From: Camelus ferus
Taxonomy: Eukaryota
Assembly: GCF_009834535.1 (NCBI RefSeq)
Contig: NC_045696.1
Span: forward strand, 113,586,001-113,650,000
Direction of reading: 5' to 3'
DNA: 64,000 nt
Position 1 is the stretch's first letter. Every line of letters begins with the position of its first letter. The notes beneath the pieces are model-generated. The model worked only from the letters and a program-made list of their open reading frames with translations. It was not told the origin of the DNA and searched no databases. Both the position numbers and the translations under genes were made by a program. Shown here piece after piece: positions 49,077 to 59,589 of the stretch.

Positions 49077-49781
49077 CTTTCAATTTGTCTCTAACTCAGC
49101 AAAGTTGTTCCCCACGCTGCTGCTGACTGACTAGATAAACTTGCTTCTCAAATTTTCCTCTGAATTCACTTTACCATCTTGCTGGTTCTATCATTAACAA
49201 GTGGGGTGGATTGAATGGTGGTTCCCAAAATCTCTGCCTGTGTCCAAATCCTGGGGACTGTGAATTTCACCTTATTGGGAACAAGGGTGTTTGTAGATGT
49301 AATTAAATTAAGGATTTTGAGATGCCATCATCCTGGGTTCAATCTAATGAGAAGTGGTCTTACAGGAGACAGAGGAGAAGACCTGGAGGAAGAGGCAGAG
49401 AGCAGAGAGATGTGTCTAAGAGCCAGGGTGGCTGAAGAAGGCTCAGTCCCCAGATACTGGGAGGCAGAAAAGGATTCTCCTTAGAGCCATTGGAGGGAGC
49501 GCGGCCCTGCTGACACCTGGCCTGGAGCTTCTGGCGTCCAGAACTGGACAGAGCACATTTCTGTTGGTTTATACCATCTGGTTTGTAGTGATTTGTTAGG
49601 TCAGCCCTGGGGAACTAATACAAGCCATGAAACAAATGTCTGGCATATGCTTATTTTATATTTCTATCAGAGCCATGCTTTTAACTCAAAATTTTTTTTT
49701 CTTTGAAATTAGTCATTTATATTCAAGTTCGCCCTCTTTTTCTCTCTCATCTTCTTACACTGCTTTTTCGCCTTCATGCAC
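49077..49781 (-). pseudogene. Pseudo-exon apparently split by an MLT1 insertion; ends NQQDGKVNSEENLRSKFI*SVSSSVGNNFAELETN*K (start of PDZ-like 1)
   Basis: Purine-rich coding-like sequence lies on both sides of the MLT1 (49202-49622). Donor AAG|gttaat in phase 0. Confidence 0.4.
49202..49622 (+). mobile_element. MLT1B/C-type MaLR LTR
   Basis: ttgaatggtggttcccaaaa..gatgtaattaaattaagga..ggccctgctgacacc..ggaactaataca. Confidence 0.88.
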
Positions 49782-49844
49782 CTGACAGTGTTCGAGATTG
49801 AGACCCAGCCCTGGACCTCTTGCCCCAGCCCAGGAGGTCCCAGT

Positions 49845-50060
49845 GTGGAGAGGAAGGTGAGAGTGATGCTGGGAGCACAGAAGCTGGATGCAGCTTCCTG
49901 GCTCAATCCCGGCTCTGCCGTGAGTCCTGCCACCTTGGGCAAGTCCTGCATCCTTCCTGGTCCTCGGTTGCCTCATCTGTAAAATGGGGAAACAGTAGTA
50001 CCTACTTCTCAGGACCTTTTCTCTCTGCATGATAGACATGGAGCTATGCACTGAGGATGG
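49845..50060 (+). mobile_element. MIR
   Basis: ccttgggcaagtc..cctcggttgcctcatctgtaaaatgggg. Confidence 0.8.
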
Positions 50061-50174
50061 AAGGAATTCATCGATGCCACGTGCAGTGAATCAACATAAA
50101 ACACTGATTTTGTAATTGTCCTGTGAAAGTCCAACTGTAGTGCATGTCTTTTTATTGAGAATCCTTTAACAATT

Positions 50175-50386
50175 TTTTATCTCATTTATTTATTTTTATT
50201 TTTTATTTTTAATGGGGATATTAGGGGTTGAATCCTGGACCTCGTGCACCCTAAGCATATGCTCCACCACTGAACTATTTCCCTTTCCCTGAAAAACTTT
50301 TTTTTTAAATGGAAATTCTGGGGCTAGAACTGAGGATGTCATGCATGCTAAGCATGTGGTCTGCCCCTGAGCTATTACCCTCCCCA
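50175..50386 (-). mobile_element. Two tandem Vic-1-like SINEs
   Basis: Two cores ending ccactgaactat and cccctgagctattaccctcccc. Confidence 0.8.
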
Positions 50387-50399
50387 TGTGTTGTCTCTC

Positions 50400-50782
50400 T
50401 ATGTGTCAGGATGTTAACCTGTATGTCAACCATCCCCACTTCACAGGTTGGGCTCCCTGGGAAGTGAGCTCAGAGAGAGTTTGCGAGCTGAGTGCTTATC
50501 AGGGAGCCCCTGGGGGACCAACAGCTGTGGGAGAGAGCCACAGGCAATGAGGAGGAGCCCACGCCTTTCAACATCATCTTGAGTTGAGCCGATACAGCCA
50601 GGCCTGTACCCCCTGCCACCTTCAGTTCCTGGATGTGGGGCCACTCCTGGCAGGTGCACCCCAGTGGCAGTTGCTCCACCTCTGAAGGGGCTGACAGCTG
50701 AGACTGTCCACTGATCACCTTCCTCCTGGCAGCTGGGTGACTGAGGAGGGATCTGGGGAGTAAATCACTGTGTCCACCACAC
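50400..50782 (-). mobile_element. LTR16/LTR33-like ERVL LTR
   Basis: gggctccctgggaag..gagtttgcgagctgagtgcttatcagggag..caacagctgt. Confidence 0.5.
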
Positions 50783-50784
50783 TC

Positions 50785-50983
50785 CGTAATCCTCCTCCAG
50801 GATATTTCAATATCCAGGGAATCTCAGGAAATGAGAGGCCCGCCCAGGGTGGGCTGACTGCAACATGGTCCTCTCTCGCCCTGCCCCAGCTACAGGTGAT
50901 GTTTCAGGGCCATCTTCCTTTGCCCGCCCAGTCTCTGCGGCTGTCACCCGCCCCCCTTGTCTTTTTCTAGGTTGCCCTCAGTG
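50785..50983 (-). pseudogene. Pseudo-exon (TEGNLEKDKG..)
   Basis: Strong acceptor cttccccttcatttctttgctcatcag about 105 nt after the previous segment. Runs into an LTR and no donor was found. Confidence 0.35.
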
Positions 50984-51089
50984 CTGATGAGCAAAGAAAT
51001 GAAGGGGAAGCTGGGGGAAGGCAGAGGCCACATCTGAGCTGAGAGCCAGAGCCCCTTTGCCTCAGGCTGCCTGCCTTCTCTCTCCCCAC

Positions 51090-51253
51090 CCTAGTCTCCC
51101 GATGTGTGTGTCCCCACGCAGCCGGCCAGCCTCAGACCCCTCTCTACAGCAGGAGGAGGGCTGCCTTTCAATAACCCAGGGAGCGACTCTTTAAAAGTTC
51201 GCATTCCAAAGGGATTATTCCTGTCCAGGGAAAGGAATAAAAGGAATCCCCTT
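51090..51253 (-). pseudogene. Pseudo-exon (EGDSFYSFPWTG..)
   Basis: Strong acceptor ttctgatctttgtttcatgtttacag. 3' boundary uncertain. Confidence 0.4.
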
Positions 51254-52239
51254 CTGTAAACATGAAACAAAGATCAGAATAAGGGTTTAAAGGTAATGCT
51301 CGACTAAGCCATGGAAAGGCATGGAAGGCTGTACCACGTTCTGGGGTGGGTTTCCCCTTCTGAGCTGAAGACTAGGGAAAGGGTGAAGTGATGGGTCAGG
51401 TGGGGGATTTGGCAGATCGGAGAGGGCAGAGCCTCCCTGGCTGGCTTCGTCCAGAGAAGTAGAGGGCTGAGGAAGGGTGAGTGCATTTCTCCTTGGAAGG
51501 CACTCACGCTGTCCCCCTGGGGCTGGAGAGGCTGGTGTCACTGAAGTCAGGTTTGCGGTGGCCTCTCCCTTCCTGGCATTGGGATCTGCTGAGCTCTGCT
51601 CCTCATCCTGCTACGTGGCAGCCTGTGTGACCCCAGGAGTCACTGCCCCTGGGCTTTGGTTTCCTTGTCTGTGTGATGGGGACAATACCCAGCGTATCAG
51701 TAACGGCCTTGTTTGCAGGTACAGGAAGCAAGTTTGCCTAAATTAAACAAGCAAGGAAGTTTCTGAAACTGATGAAATCCTGGAGGCGGGGAGAAGGCAC
51801 AGGAAGCCAGGATGCAGAAAGTCGGGCACGAGTCCCAGCAGAGGGAGGACCCATGTGCTGCTGTCCTCGGCATTGGCATTGGAACCTCACTCAGGCCCCA
51901 GGTGTCCCCAGAGAGGGCATGGGACTGGCCAGGTCAAGGTCACCCCACCTTCTCCCCCCTGCTGGGCTGCAGCTTCATCAAGAAGAAGGCTCAAATTTCC
52001 TGCATCTCACCTCCTGCCAAGACCACAAAGGATGACGGGCAGACCAGGTGCTAGGAAGACCAGAGCTGACACCACAGCAAAAAAGAGAATCACAAATAAA
52101 AATCCCCTCAAACGGCCAGCAGAACCTACCTTCTCTGGTTGTTATGAGACGTGGTCTGGGACGTGCTTAGCATAGCGTTCCGCAATAGGGAGTGCTCAGT
52201 AAGTAGAAGCTGCTACCAGTGGATTAGTAAATTTGAGAG

Positions 52240-52630
52240 CATTCAAACAATGGAATTCTACCCAGCAATCAAAGGTATCAACTGCTAAGACAACACGGAT
52301 GATTCTCAAGACAGGAGGCTGAACAAAAGAAACTGAAACCAGACCAGTACATTCATACTGTACAACTCCAATTATATGACGTTCTAGAAGTTTTAGGAAA
52401 AAAATCTGAGCTCTGGTGATAGAATCAAGAGCAGTGCTTGCTTCTGGAGCAGGGACACAGGGTTGAGGATTGCCTGGAGAGGGACGTGGGGGGACTTTCT
52501 GGGGTGATGGATATGTTCTGTATCTCGATGAAGGAGGTGATTACTTAAGTGCAGGCACTTATTAAAACTCGTCAAAATACACATTTGAAGGCTGTGCATT
52601 TAGTCTAGGTAAATTACACCTTGGTTAAAA
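52240..52630 (+). mobile_element. L1ME 3' end
   Basis: caatggaattctacccagcaatcaaa..ctggggtgatggatatgttctgtatct. Confidence 0.75.
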
Positions 52631-52907
52631 TGTTTTAAAATAGTGGTATGTTTCTTCTCATCAATTGATGCACAATGTCTCCGCAGTCAAATATCTCTGC
52701 CACTAATACCATTATAGTAAAAACCTAGCTGTGGAATAAATTATTTTAGACTCCATCCAACGAACAAATGTTGTTTCAAACATCATTTGAAATGAAAATG
52801 AGAAATTAGAAGAGTATAAGGAGTTTGTCTTAATGGGTTTGGCTGTCTCAGCCGATGGCCTCCCCACACCCTCCCCCAACCTCCCCCCAAACTTGTGGAA
52901 CAAATAC

Positions 52908-52971
52908 ATGGCACATTTTTATAGAAAGCTGACATTGTGACATCCAGGTGTGCGGTAAGAGGATCAGTCTT
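52908..52971 (-). pseudogene. Possible pseudo-exon (KTDPLTAHLDVTMSAFYKNVP)
   Basis: Open in phase 0 with a YKNV motif, but the acceptor (ttggag) and donor (gtattt) are both weak. Confidence 0.3.
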
Positions 52972-53394
52972 CTCCAACAAGAAATAGACTAGATTGGGTC
53001 CTGATCCCTTGTGGTCGTCATGGTAGGAATATGGACTAGTCTGCTCTGAACTGGAAAAAAAGCAGTTTTAGAAGCACGGCTGTAAGCTGCCTTCCCAGCT
53101 TACAAGCCACTCAGGGAAGGGTGTCCCACCACCTGGCCCCCATCTGGGTCATGCATGGCTGCATCGATGGGGCCCGTGTGGAACATGCTCAGTGAATCTT
53201 AATGCATTTGTATTGATTTTAGGGCTGAGTCCATGGACTAATAAACTTACCTGCCAGGACTGGGCTACTCCAGCCTTTAGGATTTTCCCCTCACCCCAGA
53301 AAAGCCTAGACGATGCAGGCATTGTTATGAAAGCTGAGAACGACTTCAGCCCAGATGATGTCCAAGGCCAGTCATAACCTTTGTGTCTTGCCAA

Positions 53395-53872
53395 ATGCAG
53401 AGATGGCCAGTTGTCACCCCCAGTATCCCTTCTCTCCTTACTCCTTCCTTCCTTTTTATCTGCCTCGATTTTCAGCTGGGCACATTGTGACCAAGAAGTA
53501 AAATACGATTTCCCAGCCTCCCTTATAGCTAGATATGTCCGTGTGATTCGCTTCTGGCCAAAATGATGAATTCTGCAGGACTTCCAGGAAGGCCGTCCGG
53601 TGGAGCTGACTCAGCAGGGTGGAGCCTCTTTCTGTCTTCTCTTCCTCTTTGTGGTCGGAACTCCAGCAGCCTGTCTTGGACCTTTGAGGCAACGTTGAGG
53701 ATGGAAGCCAGGCGCAAGCATGGAGCCCCAGAAATAAAGATGGAGTTCCCCCATCCTTGGATGCCTGCTTCTGAACTTCCTTTATAGAAGGTAGGAAAAG
53801 GCTTCTAGCATGTTGATGGCATTCTTGTTTGTTCTTTCTCTGTTTCATGCAGCTATATCTGATCCTCGGTGA
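53395..53872 (+). mobile_element. MLT1J-like LTR
   Basis: tttcccagcctcccttatagctag..ttctggccaa..ctccagcagcctgtcttggac. Confidence 0.6.
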
Positions 53873-54062
53873 CCCATAAGACCAAGTTTCCCTTTTCTCC
53901 TTCTTTCACTGACAGTCGTTCATGAAGCAGCCTTGGCCTGTCCACCCTTCGTTCTGGAAGTCATTGAGAACAGCAAGCTGTTGGGCAGCAACCTGACAGT
54001 ACACCCTCTCGGGCATATGTACCCTTATAAAACAACACCAGGAAAAGCAATGCTTCACTCAC

Positions 54063-54199
54063 AAGGAACATAATGGCACCATCGGAAGGAAACTTCAGAA
54101 TCGTGTAACTTTTCTGTGTTGATCTAGACACACGGAGGGAATCTAAGGACTGTATCAAGTGCATCGTCCGGTCTTCGCCAGCCCCGTGTCAGCACTTGG
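54063..54199 (-). pseudogene. Pseudo-exon (..MHLIQSLDSLRVSRSTQKSYTILKFPSDGAIMFL)
   Basis: Donor CTT|gtgagt. The pyrimidine tract ends in cgg, an apparently mutated cag acceptor. Phase 1 to 0. Confidence 0.4.
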
Positions 54200-54878
54200 C
54201 CGCGGCAATGAGAGGAGAAATCAAAGTTAACTACTTACATTTAAGATCCAGGCAAATGTGTTTGGAATTACAAATTAATGACTTGTTGGAAGGCGATATT
54301 ATGCAAGTTAATTTTCTATAGGCTTTGGAAAACATTTTCAAAGGAAAATTATATTCTCTAACTTATATGCAGGTTCATAAAATAACTATTCCTCATATCA
54401 AACAGTGCTTAAAATGTTGGTCTTCTCTAGAATAATTACACACACATTTGAACTCTTCTCTTAAAGCAATGGAATGTTTTACAGAATTAGTAAAGAAATT
54501 GCTTTTGAATCTAGAAGTTGAAAGTTCTTAGATTTATAGATGATTCAAGAAATTTATTCACTGAGAAGTATCATACAACTATAATAAAGTCATCATTTCT
54601 CCAAACGTTGTAATTTGTATACATGGTGACTGATTTACGACACTTTTTTGATCCCTATGAACCATGAGTTTATTGCAGACAAATACATTGAATTTTTTCA
54701 ATAGCTTTTTCCTTACCAATGTAGTAAACTAGCATGTTTTTCAAAAAGACACATACGCTCACATGCAGCAATCACTCACACTTCCTCTCACGAAGTCAGT
54801 CTAATGTTGGGCCATAAAGGTTTTACAGTATTCTAGATTATTCTAACTTAAAAAATTAATTATCAAGAAGTACTGTCT

Positions 54879-55025
54879 AGGGGGGATGGTGTAGCTCAGG
54901 CGGTAGAGCGCATGCTTAGCACACACAAGGTCCTGGGTTCAATCCCCAGTACCTCCTCTAAAAATATATAAATAAGTAAACTTAACTACCTCCCCCCACC
55001 AAAAAAATTTAAAAATTAAAAAAAG
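54879..55025 (+). mobile_element. Vic-1-like SINE
   Basis: gggggatggtgtagctcaggcggtagagcg..ggttcaatccccagtacctcc. Confidence 0.9.
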
Positions 55026-55153
55026 AAACACTGTCTAATTCACTGTACTTCTAACCATCTAGGAATAAGACAATGGAAATTTTATCATGATTCTTCATGG
55101 CAAACAGATATGCCCACACCCTTGCCTCCTGTCCTACTTGTTTTAAAGTTAAC

Positions 55154-55202
55154 CTCTCACACTTGCTGTATTTGTAAAATCAAGTTTCTCTGTAGTTGGT
55201 AT
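55154..55202 (-). pseudogene. Pseudo-exon (IPTTEKLDFTNTASVR)
   Basis: Acceptor taagtttccag, open in phase 0, weak donor GAG|gttaac. Confidence 0.4.
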
Positions 55203-55326
55203 CTGGAAACTTAATTTTGAATACATCGATAGAATCAGATGAACATGTGAACAATAGGAAAACAGTGCCACAGACTTGTCCAGCACCTCACTCTCTAATT
55301 TAAGAGGTCACTGAGCCCTTCCTTAC

Positions 55327-55520
55327 CAGTGGACTTCTTCCACTTGAATGATGAGTGTTATCATAAAGGGGCAAAGGAGAGAACCTTTAATGGAATGATG
55401 GGTAGAACCACTTGCAGCAACATTAGGTGATTTGCACTCAACTCTTCATACTCATTGACTAGACAGTTTTTGGTTGATATGGTTTCCTGTTGAGTTTGGG
55501 ATTTCTTATGGTTCCTCTCC
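55327..55520 (-). pseudogene. Pseudo-exon in Tyr-rich linker (ERNHKKSQTQQETISTKNCLVNEYEEL..[fs]..PLYDNTHHSSGRSPL)
   Basis: Long pyrimidine tract ccatctctcctcctttcttaag, donor CTG|gtaagg. Confidence 0.6.
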
Positions 55521-55649
55521 CTTAAGAAAGGAGGAGAGATGGAACAACTTAAACACCCCAAGGAGTGTTACATGTTCAATGACAATTGCCTGAGAGAAGG
55601 CTGGAGATGTAATTTTATCTGTGATGTCTTCTTTTTCTCAAGTAGGTAC

Positions 55650-55681
55650 CTTCAGCTCTGTGAGCTGGCATGCTTAGTGCC
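55650..55681 (-). pseudogene. 32-nt pseudo-exon (GTKHASSQS*R)
   Basis: Acceptor ccttgtgtttttggcag, donor AAG|gtacct. Phase 0 to 2 matches both neighbours. Confidence 0.5.
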
Positions 55682-55785
55682 CTGCCAAAAACACAAGGCG
55701 AGTATGATGTACAACCTTCAATTGCTTAATCAAATGAGCAGGCCTGGAGCTTGAACATAAATGTCATGCCTTTTATTATAGTCAC

Positions 55786-55986
55786 AGTTGAACAGGCTTG
55801 GCTGGACTTCAGCCATCTATCAGCAGCAATTTGTGCTTGCATTTGGGGAGCAGTTCATAGACACACCATCCTCGTCCCAGCCACCGCTCGCATCCCTTGG
55901 CACTTCACCTCCACTGACTGGTCAGTGCAGTGGGTCCAAGGTCTTGGGTTGCCACAGCTGCTACACCCTCATCTGGATTGGCAAGG
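55786..55986 (-). pseudogene. Pseudo-exon, PH beta5-beta7 and C-terminal helix (..QSVEVKC..VYEL..AADRWLKSSQACST)
   Basis: Acceptor ccactcattctgccag, weak donor ACT|gtgact. The helix carries the conserved PH tryptophan. Frameshifts are needed to join the motifs. Confidence 0.55.
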
Positions 55987-56149
55987 CTGGCAGAATGAGT
56001 GGTAATGATCATAAGCTTACTCTCTACAAATGCCTTCTGCCCTGGCTCATTATTTTAAAAACTTTTTTTAAAGCTTAATTCATGGTTTTTGTTTTATTGC
56101 ACTGATGCTTTACAGATATAATACATGCAATGCCTGAATATATTCTCCT

Positions 56150-57975
56150 TGTCAAAATTTAAAACATCTGAACTGAACAGCACTAGCAATTAACTGGATA
56201 TATTGACATCTATAGACTACTTCATGTAACAACAGCAGGACACACATTCTTCCCAAGCTCACATGGAACATACACCAGTATTGACCACATTTGGGGCTAA
56301 AAACACACCTTGACAAATTTAAAAGAATGGAAGTCACACCATGTCTGCCCTCAGACCACACTGCAATTAAGTTAGGGATCAACACAGGAAGATAGCTGGA
56401 AAATCCCAAACTACTTGGAGCTTAAACAACACACTTCTAAATAACACATGAGTCAAAGAAGAAATCTCAAGAGAAATTTTAAAATATTTTGAACTAAAAG
56501 AAAATGAAATAACAACTTATCAGAATTTATGAGATCTAGCCAAAGCAGTGCTTATAGGAAAATTTATAGCATTGAATGCATATATTAGAAAAGAAGAAAG
56601 ATTTGAAATCAGTTCTTTAAGCTCCCTTCCACCTTTGGAAACTAGAAAAAAGAAGAGCAGATTAAATCCAAAGTAAGCAGAGGAAAAGAAATAATAAAAA
56701 TTAGAGTAGAAATCAATTCGTTAAAGATAGGAAATCAACAGAGAAAAATCAATGAAGTCAACAGCTAGTTGTTTGAAAAGATCAAAGATATCAATAAGCT
56801 TCTAGTCAAGCTAAGAAAGAAAAAGAGAGGACACAAATTACTAATACCAGAAATGAAAGAGGAGACATCACTGCAGATCCCATGGACATTAAAAAGACAG
56901 TCAAATAATAATATGAACAACTCTATGCCCACAAATTCAATAACTTAGATGAAATGGATCAACTCCTTGAAAGACACAATCTGCCAAAACTCACACAAGA
57001 AGAAACTGACAATCTGAATTGGCCTGTATCCATTAAAGAAATTGAATCAACAATTCTGTTTGCTTTCCAAACAGAAAGCATCAGGCCCAGATGGGTTCTC
57101 TGATGATTTCTACCAAATATGCAAGGAAGAAATTACACTGATTCGCTACAATTTCTTCCAGAAGATCAAAGCAGAAGTAACACTTCCTAACTCATTCTAG
57201 GAGGCCAGTATTACCAGAATACCAAAAATAGACAAAGGCATTCTAAGAAAAGACGACTACAGACGAATATCTCTTATGAACATAGATGTAAAAATCCTCA
57301 GCTAAATATTAGTAAATCATATCCAACAAGATATAAAAAGAATTACACACCATGAGTAAGAAGTTACTCATTATCTTGATTATGACAATTTCATGTGTGT
57401 ACACATACACAAAAATGTATCCAGTTATACTCTTTAAAAATGTGCATGTATGTCAATTGTATGTCCAATTATACTACAATAAAACTATATGCAAAAAGGC
57501 TGAAACAGATCTATAGATGAGCCAATCATAAAAAAAAAGGATGCCCACAATGTACTGAATGGAGAAAAAAAAACTGACGGTATTCATGATATAATTTGTT
57601 AAATACACATAAACACATGCGTGAAAACATTACACACATATGTATATATAAATAAATAAATGATTAAATAAAAAAAGAATTACAAACCGTGACTAAGTGG
57701 AATTAATCCCAGGTATGAAAGGCTGGCTCAACAATAGAAAATTAGTTTATGTAATCCATCAGTCAGCAGGCTAAAGGAGAAAAACCACACGATCTTGGCA
57801 ACAGACAAAATTCAGAACCTGTTTGCAATAAAACTCTCAATAAACTAGGGACAGAGGGAGAATTTCCTCAACTTGATAAAGAAAATCTACAAAAAAGACT
57901 ATAGCCAACAGCATGCGATGGTGAGAAATTTTTCCTGCTGTGATCAAGAACAAGGCAAGGATGTTTGCTCTCATC
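56150..57975 (+). mobile_element. LINE-1 ORF2 fragment (endonuclease end to RT start), decayed, with an insert at ~57360-57670
   Basis: Classic ORF2 motifs (gaaaatttatagcattgaatgca; aacttagatgaaatgga; caggcccagatgggttc). Duplicated aaaaagaattacaMaccRtgaStaag flanks the insert. Confidence 0.92.
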
Positions 57976-57998
57976 CTTTTTTGTATTGTACTCCTTAC

Positions 57999-58093
57999 AA
58001 TGTCTTATATACAGTTGATTTTCCTTCTTCATCGTCTGTAGAGTAGGGGATGATGCTGTCTGAAACCATGGGTCTGTCTTTAGGATCAGGTAC
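57999..58093 (-). pseudogene. Pseudo-exon, PH beta2-beta4 (R|YLILKTDP..[fs]..SIIPYSTDDEEGKSTVYKT)
   Basis: Acceptor aatttcatcctcaag, donor ATT|gtaagg. The phase-2 join gives RYLILK. Confidence 0.6.
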
Positions 58094-58181
58094 CTTGAGG
58101 ATGAAATTGAGTTTTATCACATGCACAACCTCATCCCACATGACCTTCCTACAGTTCAAGTTTTGGCCCATTTCTGATTAC

Positions 58182-58367
58182 CTGTCTTTGTTCTTAGCAT
58201 CTTCCAGGCCTCTCATTTTGTCATCTTACATGACTCCCCCTCTAAGGGCCCAAGTAGACCTCCTCCACCTCTCCCTTCTCCAAGCCACACGCACACTGCA
58301 GCACCAAGGGGGTCTGCTGGGTCTTTCAAACACTTCTGCAGCTCTGCCTGCCCACACAACCAACCTG
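58182..58367 (-). pseudogene. Pseudo-exon, PH beta1 region (..EVEEVYLG[fs]PLEGESCKMTK*EAWKMLRTK..)
   Basis: Acceptor cactccacttttag(cag), donor CAG|gtaatc at 58181, 88-nt intron to the next exon. Confidence 0.55.
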
Positions 58368-58832
58368 CTAAAAGTGGAGTGACCGTAGGTGTGGTCTCGG
58401 GCAGCCAGGGAGGCTCTCCAGGCGGTGCAAGAGCGTCTCTGGCTTCCAGCCGAATGCGGCAGATTGAACACACACATGGGCTCCGCCCTCTCCCGCACCC
58501 TACTGAATGACGGTCAGTTACAAACAACGATACCAGCCCACAAGGACAACGAGAACAAGGCATGAGTTGGCAGCAGATAATCAATGGCGATAAAATTTTG
58601 GAAACGTGAAAGCAGATGGAAAAATGACAACTGACTTTGCAGAACAGAAAAAACGGAAACCTACTTTTTACAAATCAGGGGCGTATTTGCTTGGCAGAAT
58701 TCTAGAAAGTTCAGGATTTGGAGGACCAAGTACCTCTAAACCCTGGGGTGTAGGGTGGGGCTAGTCCCAGGACTGATGGAAAGTCAGATGCCCAGAGCTC
58801 CTTCTCTAACCCAGTCAGCCAACTACCCTTCC

Positions 58833-59345
58833 TGTTAGTTATCTGTTGCTGCATAGGACATTTCCCAGTGATCTAGTGGCTTAAATCAAAAGTAAATATT
58901 TATTACCTGGCAGTTCCTGTAGGTCAAGAATCCTGGAATGGCTTAGCTGTGTGTCTTGGCTGAAGATTTCTCATGAGGTTGCTGTCAAGATGCCGGCTGG
59001 AGCTGGAGGCTCCACCTCCAAGACGGCTCACTCCCTTACCTGGCAAGTGAGTGAGTGTCAGCAAGAGCTTTTGGTTCTTCACCACACAGGGCGGCTTTTC
59101 CACTGAGCGGCTTGAGGAGCCTCACAATGCGGCAGCTGGCTTCACCCAGAGCAACTGGTACCAGACAGGAGGCTGGAAGCTGAGATGTCCTTTATGCCCT
59201 AGCCCTGGAAGTCACACGCCATCATTTCCACAGTATCGTATTTGGGACACAGGGTGCTCTAGTCCCTGCAGGTGGGACCTACACAAGGGGCGCAAATACC
59301 AGGGGGTGTGAATCACTGGGTCCCATCTTGAAGGTTGGCCCCTAA
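58833..59345 (-). mobile_element. MLT1F-like LTR
   Basis: tgttagttatctgttgctgcat..tctcatgaggttgctgtcaagatg..cctagccctggaagtcacac. Confidence 0.8.
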
Positions 59346-59589
59346 GCCTCCCTCATCTCCTTCCTTCTCACTCTTCAGTGTGGACATAGAAACAAAGACC
59401 ACCAGACACTTGAGGGAAAAAAAGGAGACCAAACAAAGAGAAACAAAGGAATTCAGAGAAAACAGAATATGCAGGAAGCAGAAGGAAACTTAAAAGAAAA
59501 GAAGGAACTAAATCTTCAGAGAGAGAAGCTAAGATATCACAACCTTGAAACAAGATCAGGAAGTAGTAATGATGGTAATGAAAATAACA

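Larger units (their letters stand above)
9664..58367 (-). pseudogene. Decayed multi-exon gene (candidate unitary pseudogene) encoding a PH + Tyr-motif linker + PDZ + PDZ + PX-like adaptor
   Basis: Chain of minus-strand exon-like segments with polypyrimidine-AG acceptors and GT donors. Intron phases mostly match. Translations fit PH, PDZ and PX consensus spacing but carry many in-frame stops and frameshifts. Confidence 0.65.

Noticed and set aside
52110..52210. Minus-strand donor AAG|gtaggt
   Set aside because: Lies in a MIR-like remnant whose consensus contains this motif.
55830..55880. RWLGRGWCVYELL resembling a TIR/HET motif, and GGWDEDG resembling a GPS motif
   Set aside because: These are alternative frames of the exon better explained as the PH C-terminus, and no flanking motifs support them.
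9664..58367. Naming the relic PLEKHS1, PDZPH1, SDCBP, NOXO1 or PXDC1
   Set aside because: Each shares only part of the architecture or a different domain order, and similarity is at remote-homology level, so no symbol is assigned.
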